This document shows positions 26,790-39,599 of a stretch of 64,000 nucleotides of DNA, piece after piece (within the stretch, counting starts at the first letter, position 1; every line of letters begins with the position of its first letter). The position numbers and the translations under genes are program-made. Source of the stretch: Malacoraja senta (lineage: Eukaryota); assembly GCA_038087875.1 (NCBI GenBank), contig JAXLNO010000081.1:1-64000 (forward strand). The letters run 5' to 3'. The notes under the pieces are model-generated. The model saw nothing but the letters and a program-made list of their open reading frames with translations, searched no databases and was not told where the DNA came from.

Positions 26790-27720
26790 ACAAATTGAGA
26801 GTATAAAGATGTAGTGAAAGGGGAAGTGAGTCCAGGGAAAGTTACAAAAAGACTTCCGAATGAATGTGAAGCAAAGTTCGAGAAGGGATGAGAGAGTAAG
26901 GTCAGGGCTAATAGTGATCGGTGTGATATAGGAGGTGAATCACGCAGTTAAGGTGTTGTATATGAATGCGCGAAGTATAAGAAATAAAGTGGATGAGCTT
27001 GAGGCTCAATTACAATTTGGCAAGTATGATGTTGTGGGAATTACAGAGACATGGTTGCAATAGGACCAGGGCTGGAAACGTAATATTCCGGGGTGTACGT
27101 CCTATCGAAAAGACAGACAGGTGGGCAGAGAGGGTGGGGTAGCTTTGATGGTAAGGAATGAAATTCAGTCCATTGCGAGGAGTGACATAGAATCAGGAGA
27201 TGCAGAGTCAGTATAGATAGAACTGAGGAAATGCAAGTTGAATCAAGAGTTAAAATTAGCATGTCGTAAAGGTAATACCACGGTGGGTGGGGGAGATTTC
27301 AACTTGCAGATAGACGGGGAAAATTAAGTTGGTACTGGACCCTAAGAAAGTGGGTTTGTGGATTGCCTCCGAGAAGGATTCTCAGAGCAGCTTGTGCTTG
27401 AGCCTACCAGGGAGAAGCCAAATCTGGATTAAGTGTTGTGTAATGAACCGGATTTGATAAGGGAACGCAAAGTAAAGGAACCATTAGGAGGTAGTGACCA
27501 TAATATATGTTTTAATCTACAAATTGAGAGAGAGTAGGAAAATCGGAAGTGTTTGTATCACAGTTGAGAAAAAGGGACGATGGAGGCATAAGGGAGGAGC
27601 AGGCAAAAGTTGACTGGAAAGGGACCCTAGCAGAGATGACGGTGGAGAAGCAATAGCAGGTATTTCTTGGAATAATCAAAAAAATGCAGGATAATTTCAT
27701 TCCAAAGAGGAAGCTAATGA
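26790..27720 (+). mobile_element. CR1 endonuclease-region fragment, degenerate
   Basis: MNARSIRNKVDEL, GITETW, GDFN and SDHN motifs with stops. Confidence 0.8.
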
Positions 27721-27774
27721 GAGATATTATATCTTTGGCTCCATGCCGCGATTCTTGGTGTACTATCTTGCATA

Positions 27775-30075
27775 GATAAATAGACAATAGGTGCAGGAGT
27801 AGGCCATTCAGCACTTCGAGCCAGCACCGCCGTTCAATGAGATCATGGCTCATCATCCACAATCAGTACCCCATTCCTTCCTTCTCCTCATACCCCTTGA
27901 TTCCGCTGGCCCTAAGAGCTCTATCCAACCTTCTTTTGAATGCATCTAGTGAATCGACCTCCACTGCCTTCCGTGGCAGAGAATTCCACACATTCACAAC
28001 TCTCTGTGTGAAAAGGTTTTTCCGCTTCTAAGTTCCAAATGGCCTACCCCTTATTCTTAAACTGTGCCCCGTGGTTCTAGACCACCCCCCCCCCCCCACA
28101 CCAACACGGGGAACATGTTTCCTGCATCTAGCGTGTCCAATCCCAATAATTTGATATATTTCTATAAGATACCCTCTCATCCTTCTATACTCCAGTGAAT
28201 ACAAGCCCAGTCGCTCCATTCTTTCATCTAACGACAGACCCGCCATTCCGGGAATTAACTTCGTGAACCTACGCTGCACTATTTAAATAGCAAAAATGTC
28301 CTTCCTCTAATAAGGAGACCAAAACTACACACACAATAATCCAGATGTGGTCTAACCAGGGCCACGTGCAAATGGCCAGCATGCCATAGCTTTCTTCACT
28401 CCCTGTATCTGTATGCTTACTCTCAGTGAATGATGTACTACGACAATCAGGTCTCGTTGTACTTTCCCTTTCCCTAACCTGACACATTCAGATAATTATC
28501 TGCCTTCCCGTACTTGCCACCAAAGTCGATAACCTCACATTTATCCACATTATTCTGCACCTTCCCACTCACCCAACCTGTCCAAGTCACCCTGCATCCT
28601 CATAGCATCGTCTTCACAGCTCACACTAGCCACCCGGAATTGGGTCTTCTGCTAATTTCCTAATTTTGCTTTTAATTCCATCATCTAAATCTTTAATGTA
28701 CATTGCAAATAGCTGCGGTCCCAGCAACGAGCCTTGAGACTCCCCACTCGTTACTGCCTGACATTCAGAAAAGGACCCGTAAATCCCGACTCTTCGTTTC
28801 CTTTCTATCCATGTCAGTACCCTACACTAAAAACAATGTGCTCTAATTTTGCCCACTAATCTCTTGTGTGGGACTATATCAATGGCTTTCTGAAAGTCCA
28901 GGTATTCAGCATCAACTGGCTCTCCCTTGTCTATTTTACTTTACTAAAAATTCAGAGGATTTGTTAAGCATGACTTCCCCTTCGTAAAGCGATGCTAATT
29001 TGGACCAATCATGTTATTGCTATCCAAAGGCGGCGCTATTACATCTTTGGTAATCGACCAGCATCTTCCCCACCACCGATGTCAGGCTAACTGATCAATA
29101 ATTCCCTGTTTTTTCTCACCGCCTTTCTTGAAAAGAGGCATAACATTAACTACACTCCAATCCACAGGAAGTGATCCCCACTCTATAGAACGTTGGAAAA
29201 TAATCACCAATGCGTCCACGATTTCTAGAGCCACTTCCTTGAGTACCCTGTGATGCAGACCATCAGGCCTTAGCGATTTAGTAGCCTTCAGTCCCATCAG
29301 TCTACCTAACACAATTTCCTGACTCCTTCAGTTCCTCCTTTCACCACGGGTCCTCTGTCCCCTAGTACATTTGGAAGATTGTTTGTGTCTTCCTTAGTGA
29401 AGACAGAAACAAAGTACCCGTTCAACATGTCTGCCATTTCCTTGTTCCCCAGAATAAATGTATCTGTTTCCGTCTTCAAGGGACCCACATTTGTCTTAAC
29501 TATGTTTTTCCTCTTCATATACCTAAAAACATTTTCCTATCCTCCTTCATATTCTTGGCTAGCGTACCTCCGCACTTCATCTTTTCTCTCCGTATTGCCT
29601 TTTATAGTTAACTTTTGTTGATCTTTAAAATCTGCCTACCCCTCTGGTATGCCGCTCATCTTTGCTATGTTATACGTTTTCTCTTTGATTTTTACTGTCC
29701 TGTACTTCCCTTGTCAGCCACGGTAGTCTCTTACGCCCCTTAGCATCTTTCTTCCACTTTGGAATGTAATAATCCTGATCTTCTGGATTATTCCCAGAAA
29801 TACCTGCCATTGCTGCTCCACCGTCATCCCTGCTAGGGTCCCTTTCCAGTCAACTCCTCCCTCAAGCTTCCATAGTCCCTTTTGTTCAACAGCAATACTG
29901 ATCCTTCCGATTTCACCTTCTGCCTCTCAAATTGCAGAATATAACTTATCATATTATGTCACTACTTCCTAATGGATCCTTTACGTTGAGTTTCCTTATC
30001 AAATCTGGTTCATAACAAGATTAAATCCAGAATTGTTTTCTCCCTGGTAAGCTCCAGTACAAGCTGCTCTAAGAA
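27775..30075 (-). mobile_element. CR1 LINE fragment, degenerate
   Basis: RVLKEVALEIVDALVIIFQ, KTNVGPLK and the CR1 3' UTR/tail at ~27780. Confidence 0.85.
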
Positions 30076-31014
30076 AATTGACATGGAAATATCTTTACCC
30101 AGAGGGAAAAGTGGGCAATCAATACTACAGAATATTTTTTTTGAGACTAAGGCAACAGTCATGTGAAATCTCTCTGTATATGTTGGTCTGCAGGCAACAC
30201 TCACTCTCTCGTTTTATACGTCGTCTATCTCATACTGTTCTTAACTTATCTGCTTCTAAGCGTCGCACTGTACTCTGGGAAGAGTGTAAATCTATAGTCC
30301 CACTCAGTATTATGGGCTCTGAGACATCCACCGCCCTTGTCACCCGTCAAGTGTTTGAGTACATCAGTGTATTCCAGCTCCCATCGGACTTTGCATACTC
30401 AAATTGTATGCAACTACTCATTCTGTCCCTATAGTTTGTGTTACTGCTGCGTTTTGTACCCTCTCTCATTTCAGTGTAAATATAAGAATGTAATCCAAAC
30501 TGAGAATTCGAATGGTGGGATGGAGGTCAGACTTTGTTGGATTTCTGTAAATGCCCAACTGTATTTCTCCCCATAATCTACTTCCTATCTCTCAACCGTT
30601 TTTTTCTTCTCGAGAGTTTCCTATCATCCCCTTTTTGTAAAATGTGGTCTGGTGTAAGAGATTAGCAGGGGCCAGCATAAACCCTCATTTGCATTTTACC
30701 TGAGATCCTGAATTAAAGGTACTTACACATACATTCTCAAATACAGGAATCCTGGCTGCTGGATTGCAATTTACAAGCAGACACTATGATTACATCAAAA
30801 CTAGCTTTTACAAAATAATTCATAAACTCCGTAATGTATTTAAATCCTTCGGAAATACACTGTTAACATGAAAATCAATGTTTAAAATTATTCCCCGTGG
30901 CCAATCTGTCTAATGTAAACATATTCCTATATCATGGAAGCAGGCACTTCAGACCAAATTGCCCATACCGGCGAAATTGTTCCAACTACACGAGTCCCAC
31001 CTGCCTGCCTGCCT

Positions 31015-31625
31015 TTAGAGGCGGTGGGGTAGCTCTGTTAGTGAGGAATGAAATTCAGTCCTTTGCAAGGGGTGACATTGAAACAGGTTATGTGGAGTCA
31101 GTATGGATATAACTAAGGAATTGTAAGGGTAAAAATACCCTAATGGGACTTATCTACAGGCCCCCAAACAGTAGTATGGATATAGAGTACAGGATGAATC
31201 AGGAGTTTAAATTGGGATGTAGTAAATTTAATGATACCGTTGTTATGGGAGGTTTCAACATGCAGGTAGACTGGGAAAATCAGGTTTCTACTGGACCCCA
31301 AGGAAGCGAGTGTGTGGAGTGCCTCCGTGATGGATTCTTAGAGCAGCTTGTATTGGAAGGCAATTTTGGATTTAGTGTTATGGAGAAGGTAATTCTGGAT
31401 TTAGTGTTATGTACTGAAACGGATTTGATAAAGGAATTTGAGATAAGGAGCCATTAGGAGGTAGTAACCATAATATGGTCAAGTTTAATCTAAAATTGGA
31501 GATGGGGGGAAGGGTAAATCAGAGGTTTCATTGATATAGTTGAATAAAGGGGACTATGGAGCAATGAGCAATGAGTTGACTCGATAGATACCCTAGCAGG
31601 GATGATATTGGAATAACAATGGCGC
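31015..31625 (+). mobile_element. CR1 endonuclease fragment
   Basis: GGGVALLV, IYRPPNS and MGGFN motifs. Confidence 0.8.
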
Positions 31626-32759
31626 CAAGTCCGCACACGATGCATCACACCCGCCTCACCCCATTCTCCTGCCATCTCTCCCTAACCCTTAACACCCTGA
31701 CATGCTGTTTTACCACCATTCTTCCCATTGCAATAAAACAGGCACCCACATTTTATTGATATGAGATTTTATTTTTGCAAAGATGATTGCGTTTAAAGCC
31801 GGCTTTTCAAATGACAGAGATAATTAACAATAAATGGGTTCATGAAGTCGATGCTAAGCGACGGCAGCAACGTAGTTTGTTGAGCGTTCAGTCCGAGAGA
31901 ACAGTTTGCCTGCAAAAATAAGTTTTAACATTTAAACATCAGTTGATCGAAGTTACGGTAGAGTCTCGACTATTATGTTCAGAGGGGAAATGCATATAGT
32001 CTAGTTTCGTTTACTTTATTTTACTTTAGTTTAGTATAGTTTAGAGATACAGGACGGAAACAGGCACTTTGGCCCATCGATTCCGGGCTGACTAATGATT
32101 TCCGCGAATTAACACTATCTTACACACACTCGGGACAATTTACAATTTTACCAAGCCAATTAGCCACATTTGTATGCCTTTGGAGTGTGGGAGGAAACTG
32201 GAGATTCTGGGGGGGAAAGCCATGCAGAGCATAGATTGACGGTGAGAGGGGGCATGTTTACAATATTTGTGCGGGGTACGTTTTATACATGGTGGGGACA
32301 AATATGACAGTGTTTTTTCAGTCTTGTAGATAGGCACATGGGAATGTATGGAATGGAGCGATATGGACGTGCATGCAGTGCTGATTAGTTTAACTTGTCA
32401 TCATGTTCAGCACTGTCAGACTGCCCTGTACAGCGTAAATCATGGAACAGTGCCTCACAACAACAGACGCTCAGGTGTACTACGTTGGAACAATCTGATT
32501 CACGCGCTGTTGAGTTCAGCGGGCTCCATAACACAAGATATGCATTGTTTTACGTTAACGAGCATTTGTATACAACAAGCGTGCAGGGAATGGATGGGAA
32601 AGTGGGATAACGTAGAACTAGCGTGAATGTGTGATCGATGGTCGGCATAACTCGGTGGGAGGAACAGTCTTTTTCCAAGCTGTATATTTCATTTTGTTTC
32701 AAATCATTTCAATTCATTGACGAATTCATTCAATTCAATGCAAGTTAATTCAATTCGGT

Positions 32760-33368
32760 AATGATACAAAGAAAGACAAACGCAATGCTAGCAATTATTT
32801 TGAGAGAATTAGTAGACAAAAATAGGGATGTAATGCTGAGGATCTATGAGGCACTGCTAAGACTGCTTTTAGAATGTTGTGAGCAATTTGGGGGCCCATA
32901 TATGAGGAAGGATGTGCTGGCGCTAAAGACGATCCAGAGGAGGTTTGTGAGAATGATCGCGGGGATGTTCGGATTAACATATGATGAGCATTTAAAGGCG
33001 GTTGGTACTCGCTTGAATTTAGATGAGAGGAGATCTCTTTGCAACTTCCCGAATAGTGAAACAACTGGATGGAGTGAATGTGGAGAGGATGTTTCCGCTA
33101 GTGGGAGAGTCGACGATGTTCCTCGAGGAAGACGATGGGGAGGAATTTGTTTAGTCTGAGGGTGGTGATTATGTGCAATATATTGCCACCGAAGGGTGTG
33201 GAATCCAAGTCAATGGATATATTTTAAGGCTGAGCTGGATAGATTCTTGATTAGCACAGGTGGCCGGGGTTATGGGAAGAAGGAAGGAGAATGGGGTTGA
33301 GAGGGAAAGATAGATCAGCTATGACTGAATGACGGAATAGACTTGATTGGCCGAATGGCCTAATTCTA
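32760..33368 (+). mobile_element. Old CR1 3' fragment
   Basis: RKDVLALKTIQRRFVRMIAG and a CR1-like 3' UTR. Confidence 0.75.
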
Positions 33369-34530
33369 CTAAAACAGGCCCTTCAGACCAGGGAGTCCGA
33401 GCCAACTAGCGATCACGCTACAGACTAACACCATCCTACACAAACTGGGGACAGTTAGTCTGAAGAAGAGTCTCAAATTCGAAATGTCACCCATTCTTTC
33501 TCTCCAGATATGCTGCCTGTCCCGCTGGGATAATCCAGCATGGTGTCTACCGGGGAAATTTACAATTCTACAAAGCCAATTAACATTCAAACCCGTAGGT
33601 TGTTGGGATGTGGGAGGAATACGGAGCAACCGGGGAAAACCCATGTGAGTCACGGGGAAAACGCACAAACTCCGTGCACACAGCACTCGTGGTCAAGATC
33701 GAACCCGGGTCTCTGGCGTTGTACCGAGATATGAACAGATTATTCTGCTACTGGAAAGCTGTCTGGCAAGATCTTTGCAGAGGTCCAGATCACTGACATT
33801 TCATCAGGACAGAAGAAGATGTCAGACTTTTTGAGCTTTTGCTCTTGTGTTTCACCTGCATTTGTTGCCCCTTCCTGGAAAGCCAGCCGTTGACTGCAGC
33901 AAGGATTGCATGCTATAATATGCTGTACTGCGGCACAACAACGGTAAAGTTGCTGTTTTACAGCATCAGTCCCGGATTCGATCTTGTCTACGGGATGCTG
34001 TCTGTTCGGAGTTTGTACGTTCTCCCCATGACCTGCGTGGATTTTCTCCGGTTGTTCCGGTTTCCCGACACACTACAAAGACGTGCCGTTTTGTAGATTA
34101 ATTTGCTTATACAATTTGCCCTAGTGTGAAGGGAGTCGATGCGAAACTGGGATAACATAGAATTGACACAAAATGCTGCAGTAACTCAGCGGGAGAGGCA
34201 GCATCTCTGGAGAGAAGGAATGACATGCACTAAACTCAATTGCACTAATCTGAACAGCAATAAACTAAAAAAAAACTCGACCAAACTCAATTCAATATCC
34301 GCAGTGTTCAACCCTATGATTCATCTTCATTCACTACCCCTTCCCTCAATGAACGGCCAATGGTTAGGGAATTCTGCTCCTCTCACTGACGGGGTTTCTA
34401 CTGGCAGGTCGTCGACAGGAAACATTAACCCTGGTCCTCGGGCCTTCGGCGTTCTTCCAACCTTCACTGTCATCTGTGCTTCAGTGTTTGGGAAAACAGT
34501 GAAGAATATATTGAAGCAGAATAAATTTAC

Positions 34531-34572
34531 CGTAGCCAGCATAGGTATCATTTCCAGATGATGATTAGTATC
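34531..34572 (-). other. Putative 42-nt microexon A (phase 1 GY*SSSGNDTYAGY; phase 0 DTNHHLEMIPMLAT)
   Basis: ctgtttctcccacag|GATACTAATC...GGCTACG|gtaaat, with flanks homologous to the other cassettes. Confidence 0.5.
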
Positions 34573-35499
34573 CTGTGGGAGAAACAGACAGGAATGAATA
34601 ATGTTTGCCTGAATTAATTCAGAAATGAAAATGTTAACTCAGTCGGATAAAGTTCATTTATTAGCTATGGAATTTTCGAGAATGACCACTCATGAGTTCC
34701 TCAATGAGGCCCTGACCTTATACCGCTATTTGCTATTGTTTTAACCAGCTTTGTACCATAGGACTCAATTTTGAACAATGAAAATGGCATGATCTGGTTG
34801 TTTTATCGAATAAATAAACAGAGAAGATCAAACGCTGAGCACGTCAACTTGCATCTGTAGAGAACGAAAGTCTAGACCGCGTGTTCTCAGATCGTGCCGA
34901 TACCTTCACATCCCAAATATACATCCCGTTGTCAGGGAAGTCATGATGCAATCTCACAGCAATTTTGTTATAATAATAATAATGAATTTTATTTATGGGC
35001 GCCTTATACCGAGGTCTCAAGGACACCTTACAGAGATTTATAGGAAACATATAATCAGAATTAAAAAAAATAAGTTATAAAGACCAATACACAAATCAGG
35101 GACAGAATTCCTTGGTTCAGTATGGTCACCGTAATACAAGGATGTGGATGTTCGAGAAAGTATTTGTTTGCTAGAATGATTCCTAGATTGAGTACAAGCT
35201 ACAGATTACCAAACCAAATAAGCTCAACCAAACTAAACCAAACTGAACCAATCTAAGCAGAACTGCACTAAAATCATCGAAACTTACATGCAACAAACTA
35301 AACTATGCTAAATTAAAGTAAACTAAACTGCACTAAACTCAACTGCACAAAACTGCACTGCACTAAACTAAACGAAACAAAACTAAACTAAACATACTAA
35401 ACTAAACCATTGTAAATCAAACCAGACTTAACTCAACTCAACTGCGCTCAACACAACTCAACCCAGTGCTTCCCTTCGCAGTGGAGTCAACCCTTCGCA

Positions 35500-36110
35500 G
35501 TGTTCCTTTTATGTTAATCAAAAATACATCAATGATTTTCAATATGAACAAACAAAACAATACAAACAAACCCACCATCGTAATACAAATAAAGCAAATA
35601 TTCTTAAATAACTATTTCCCCATCCTTAAGGACTCATTCCACTCCCGCGGCGTCCAGCTGTCCGCGAAAACCCCCAGAGTGCGCGTGCCCGGGTTGTCCC
35701 TCTCTGGTACCACCCGGGTGCGGATGTAACTTCGGACAAAGGTCAGGCAGTCGGCTCGGGTGGAGCTCTCTTCCGCCTGCCGCCGTGCATCGCGATGACC
35801 TGCTTGGCTAGGCTTAGGAGCAACACAACCAGGGCATGTTCACCCCTACCCAGTCCCCTACGCTCAGGGTATCCAAAGATGAGAATGGTGGGTGTGAATT
35901 GCAGCCAGAAGGCCCCTTTAGATATTGGTACAGAGGCTGTAACCTCACACACTCCATATGTACGTGGAACACAGACTCATCCAGCCGGCAAAAGTGGCAG
36001 GGTGCTGGCGACTCTGTGAAACGGGTTAGATACAGGTTGCATGGGACTCCTCGGTGTAGTACCCGCCACCTCAAGTCCCCGATGTAAAGGGAAACAATCC
36101 CTGCATAGAC
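35500..36110 (-). mobile_element. Tx1-type LINE 3' fragment (zinc-binding C-terminus)
   Basis: WRVLHRGVPCN...CHFCRLDESVFHVHMECVRL. Confidence 0.75.
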
Positions 36111-36377
36111 GGACCTCCACTCTAGGGTTCTCTCACCCTCAAAAGACAGTGCTTAATCCTAGGATTCCTGCTTCATTCATTACACCCTCCCTCCTTGAAC
36201 AGCCATCCGTGAGTGAATTCTGCTCCTCTCGCTGACGGGGTTTCTACTGGAAGGTCGCCGACATGAAACATTAACCCTGGTTCGTTAACCTTCTGCGTTA
36301 TTTCAATACTGACTGTCACCTGTCCATCAGTGCCTTGTGGAATAAATGCAAAACATATTGAATCACAATAAATTTAC

Positions 36378-36413
36378 CGTAGGCGCCGGTGTTAAATGAT
36401 CCAATTGACCCTC
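36378..36413 (-). CDS. Putative 36-nt microexon B (phase 1 GGSIGSFNTGAY)
   Basis: ctgtttctcccacag|GAGGGTCAATTGGATCATTTAACACCGGCGCCTACG|gtaaat. Confidence 0.6.
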
Positions 36414-38816
36414 CTGTGGGAGAAACAGACTGGCGTAAATAATATATGATGGAATGAATTCACAAATGAACATATTAGCTCAGTCGTGTGCAGTTAAATT
36501 TGTAGCATATTAATCTTGGAGTTAACCAGCATCTGTGGAGAAAGTAAGTTGTGATGACGTTATCAGATCGGGCCGAAACTTTCCCAAATCCACTCCGAAG
36601 TCAGTGAAGTCATGATGCAGCCTTACAACAATTTGGTTAGTGTATATTGTGTTCAGTTATGTTCGCCCTAATACGAAAAGAATATGGTGGTTTTAAAAAG
36701 AATGCATTAGAGGTTGACCAGAATTCCTAGAGTAATGGGTAATAGCTACACGTTACTAAACTAAACTAAACCAATCTAAACTGAAATTCACTAAACTACG
36801 TTAAAATCAACTCAAATGCAATAATCTCTGCGCTAGATTACAGAGATTACTGCATTATTCTCACCTCAACTCGACTGCTCTAAACTCAACTCAACTCAGC
36901 TGCACTAAACTCAACACAGCCCCACTAAGCTCATCTACTCAACTGCACTAACATGAACACAACTTCACTCAAATCAACTGCACTAAACCAAACTGCACTA
37001 AACTCAACTCTGCACTAATCTCAACAAAACTGCACTCAACTCCACACAACTGAACTAAAGGCAACTCAACCGCTCTAAAGGCAACTCAACTGCACTAGAC
37101 TCAACACGTCAACTGCACAAACTCTACATAACTGCTCACAACTCCACTGCATTAAACCCAACTGAACTGCGCTAAACTCAACTCATCGCACTCCTCAACA
37201 GCACTAAACACATCTCAACCGCACTAAATTGAACACAACTGCACTAAACTCAACTCAACTGCACTGAACTCAACTCAACTGCACTAAACTCAACTGCACT
37301 AAACTTAACTGCACTAAACTCAACTGCACTAAACTGAACTCAACTGCACTAAACTCAACTCAACTGCACTAAACTCAACTCAACTGCACTAAAAACGCAA
37401 CTGCACTAAAAACTCAACTGCACTAAACTCAACTCAACTGTAATAAACTCAACTCAACTGCACTAAACTCAACTCAGCTGTACTAAACTCAAGTCAACTG
37501 CACTAAGCTCAAGTCACTTCAACTGTACTAAACTCAACTGCACTAAACTCAACTCCTCAACTGCACTAACCTCAACACAGCAGCACTCAACTCGACGCAT
37601 TTGCCCACAACTCAACTCAAATGCCTAAACGCAACTCAACACCGTTGCACTAAACTCAACTTCACTGCACTAAAGTAAACTCCTCAACACAACAGAATTC
37701 AACTCAATTTCACACCACCCATCAGCACTCAACTCACACAACTCAAATGCACTAAGTTTAACTCACTTTCACTAAACTCTTCTCACCTCGTCCACTGAAC
37801 TAAACTGCACTCAACGTCAGCAAATTCAAATTCACTGCACATAACTCCTCAACAGCTTTAAACTGACCACAACTGCATACAACTGCGCTGCACAAAACTC
37901 AACATCGTTAAACTCAACTGAACTGCACAAAATCCAACTCTACTGCACTCTACTCAACTGCACTCGACTGCGCCGAAATCAACTGCACTGAAGTCAACTC
38001 AACCTAACTGCAGTAACTCACCTGCAGTAACTCACCTGCAGTAACTCAACGACTCGTCTGCACTAACGTCAAAACAACTGCACTCAAAGCAACCCAGTTA
38101 CTCTGAACTCAACTAAACTGCACAGAGCCCAAATTAACTCACCATCACTAGACTCAACTCAACTAACAACAACTGCAATAAACTCAACTCAACTGCACGA
38201 AACTTAATTCAATTCAACTGCACTAAATCTAACTCAAATACACTCAGCTCAACTGCACTAAACTTAACTCAATTTAACTGCACTAAACTTAACTAATTTT
38301 AACTGCACTAAACTAAACTGCACTAATCTCAAGCCAATTGAATTCAACTCAACTGCTTGAACTCAACTCACTTTACCCAACTCAACTGCACTGAACGGAA
38401 TTCAACTGCACTAACCTCAACATAATTGCATTCAACTCAACTAAACTGCACTAAACTCAACTCACCTGCAAGAACCGAACTGCATTAAATACAACTCAAC
38501 CCAATTGGACTAAAAACTCAACTGCACTAAACTCAGCTAAATTCAGCTCTACTGCACTGAACTCAACTCAACTCAACAACATCAGCCGTGTTGATCCCTG
38601 GGATTCCTGCTTCTTTCACTACCCTTTCCCTACTTGTAAAGCCAACCCTGAAGGAATTCTGCTCCTCTCACTGACGGGGTCTCCACTGGCAGTTCGTGGA
38701 CATGAAACATCAACCCTGGTCCTTTAGCCTTCTGCGTTATTCTAACATTGAATGTCACCTGCCCATAAGTGTTTTGTGGATTAAGTGAAGAATATATTAA
38801 AGGACAATAAACTTAC

Positions 38817-38852
38817 CTGAGCCTTCGTTCTCATCGTATCCACTTGACCCTC
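38817..38852 (-). CDS. Putative 36-nt microexon C (phase 1 GGSSGYDENEGS)
   Basis: ttgtttctcccacag|GAGGGTCAAGTGGATACGATGAGAACGAAGGCTCAG|gtaagt, a consensus donor. Confidence 0.65.
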
Positions 38853-39563
38853 CTGTGGGAGAAACAAAATGGCGTGAATAATATTTAATGACATGAATTC
38901 AGAAATGAATATTTCAACTCAGTCGTATACAGATTAATGTGTAGCAAAGGACTCTTGGGTCTACCAGTACCTGTGGGGAAAGAACATTTTTAATGACAAG
39001 TTATCGGATCGGGCCCAAACTGCACTAAACCCATGTCACCTGCACATAAACCATCGCAACTCAACTGCAGTACACCCAACACAACTGAAAAATACAAATC
39101 AACTAAATTGCAACTAACTCAACTGTACTAAACTCAACTGCACTAATCTCAACATACCTGAACTGCACTAAACACAACTCTACTACACTAAACTCAACTC
39201 AACTGCACTAATTGCAATCAACTGCGCTAAACCAACCTCAATTGCATGAACGTAACTACATTAAATTCAACCCAACTCAATTGTACTAAACTCGTCAACT
39301 GCACTAAACTCAACTTATCACAACAACATCGGCAGTGTTGATCTCTGGGATTCTTGCTTCATTCACTAACTTTTCCCTCCTTGTAAAGCCAACCGTGAGG
39401 GAATTCTGCTCCTCTCACTGACGGGGTCACCACTGGCAGGTCGTCGACATCGAACATTAACCCTGGTCCTTTAATCTTCTGCAGTATTCTATCATTGACT
39501 GTTACCTGTCCATCATTGTTTTGTGGATTAAGTGAAGAATATATTAAACTACATTATATTTAC

Positions 39564-39599
39564 CGTGGCCTCCGTTCTTATCGTATCCACTTGACCCTC
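39564..39599 (-). CDS. Putative 36-nt microexon D (phase 1 GGSSGYDKNGGH)
   Basis: ctgtttctcccacag|GAGGGTCAAG...GGCCACG|gtaaat. Confidence 0.6.

Noticed and set aside
30078..30900. Short ORFs as the terminal exon of the microexon gene
   Set aside because: No compositional similarity to the repeats and no clear minus-strand acceptor plus polyadenylation signal was identified.
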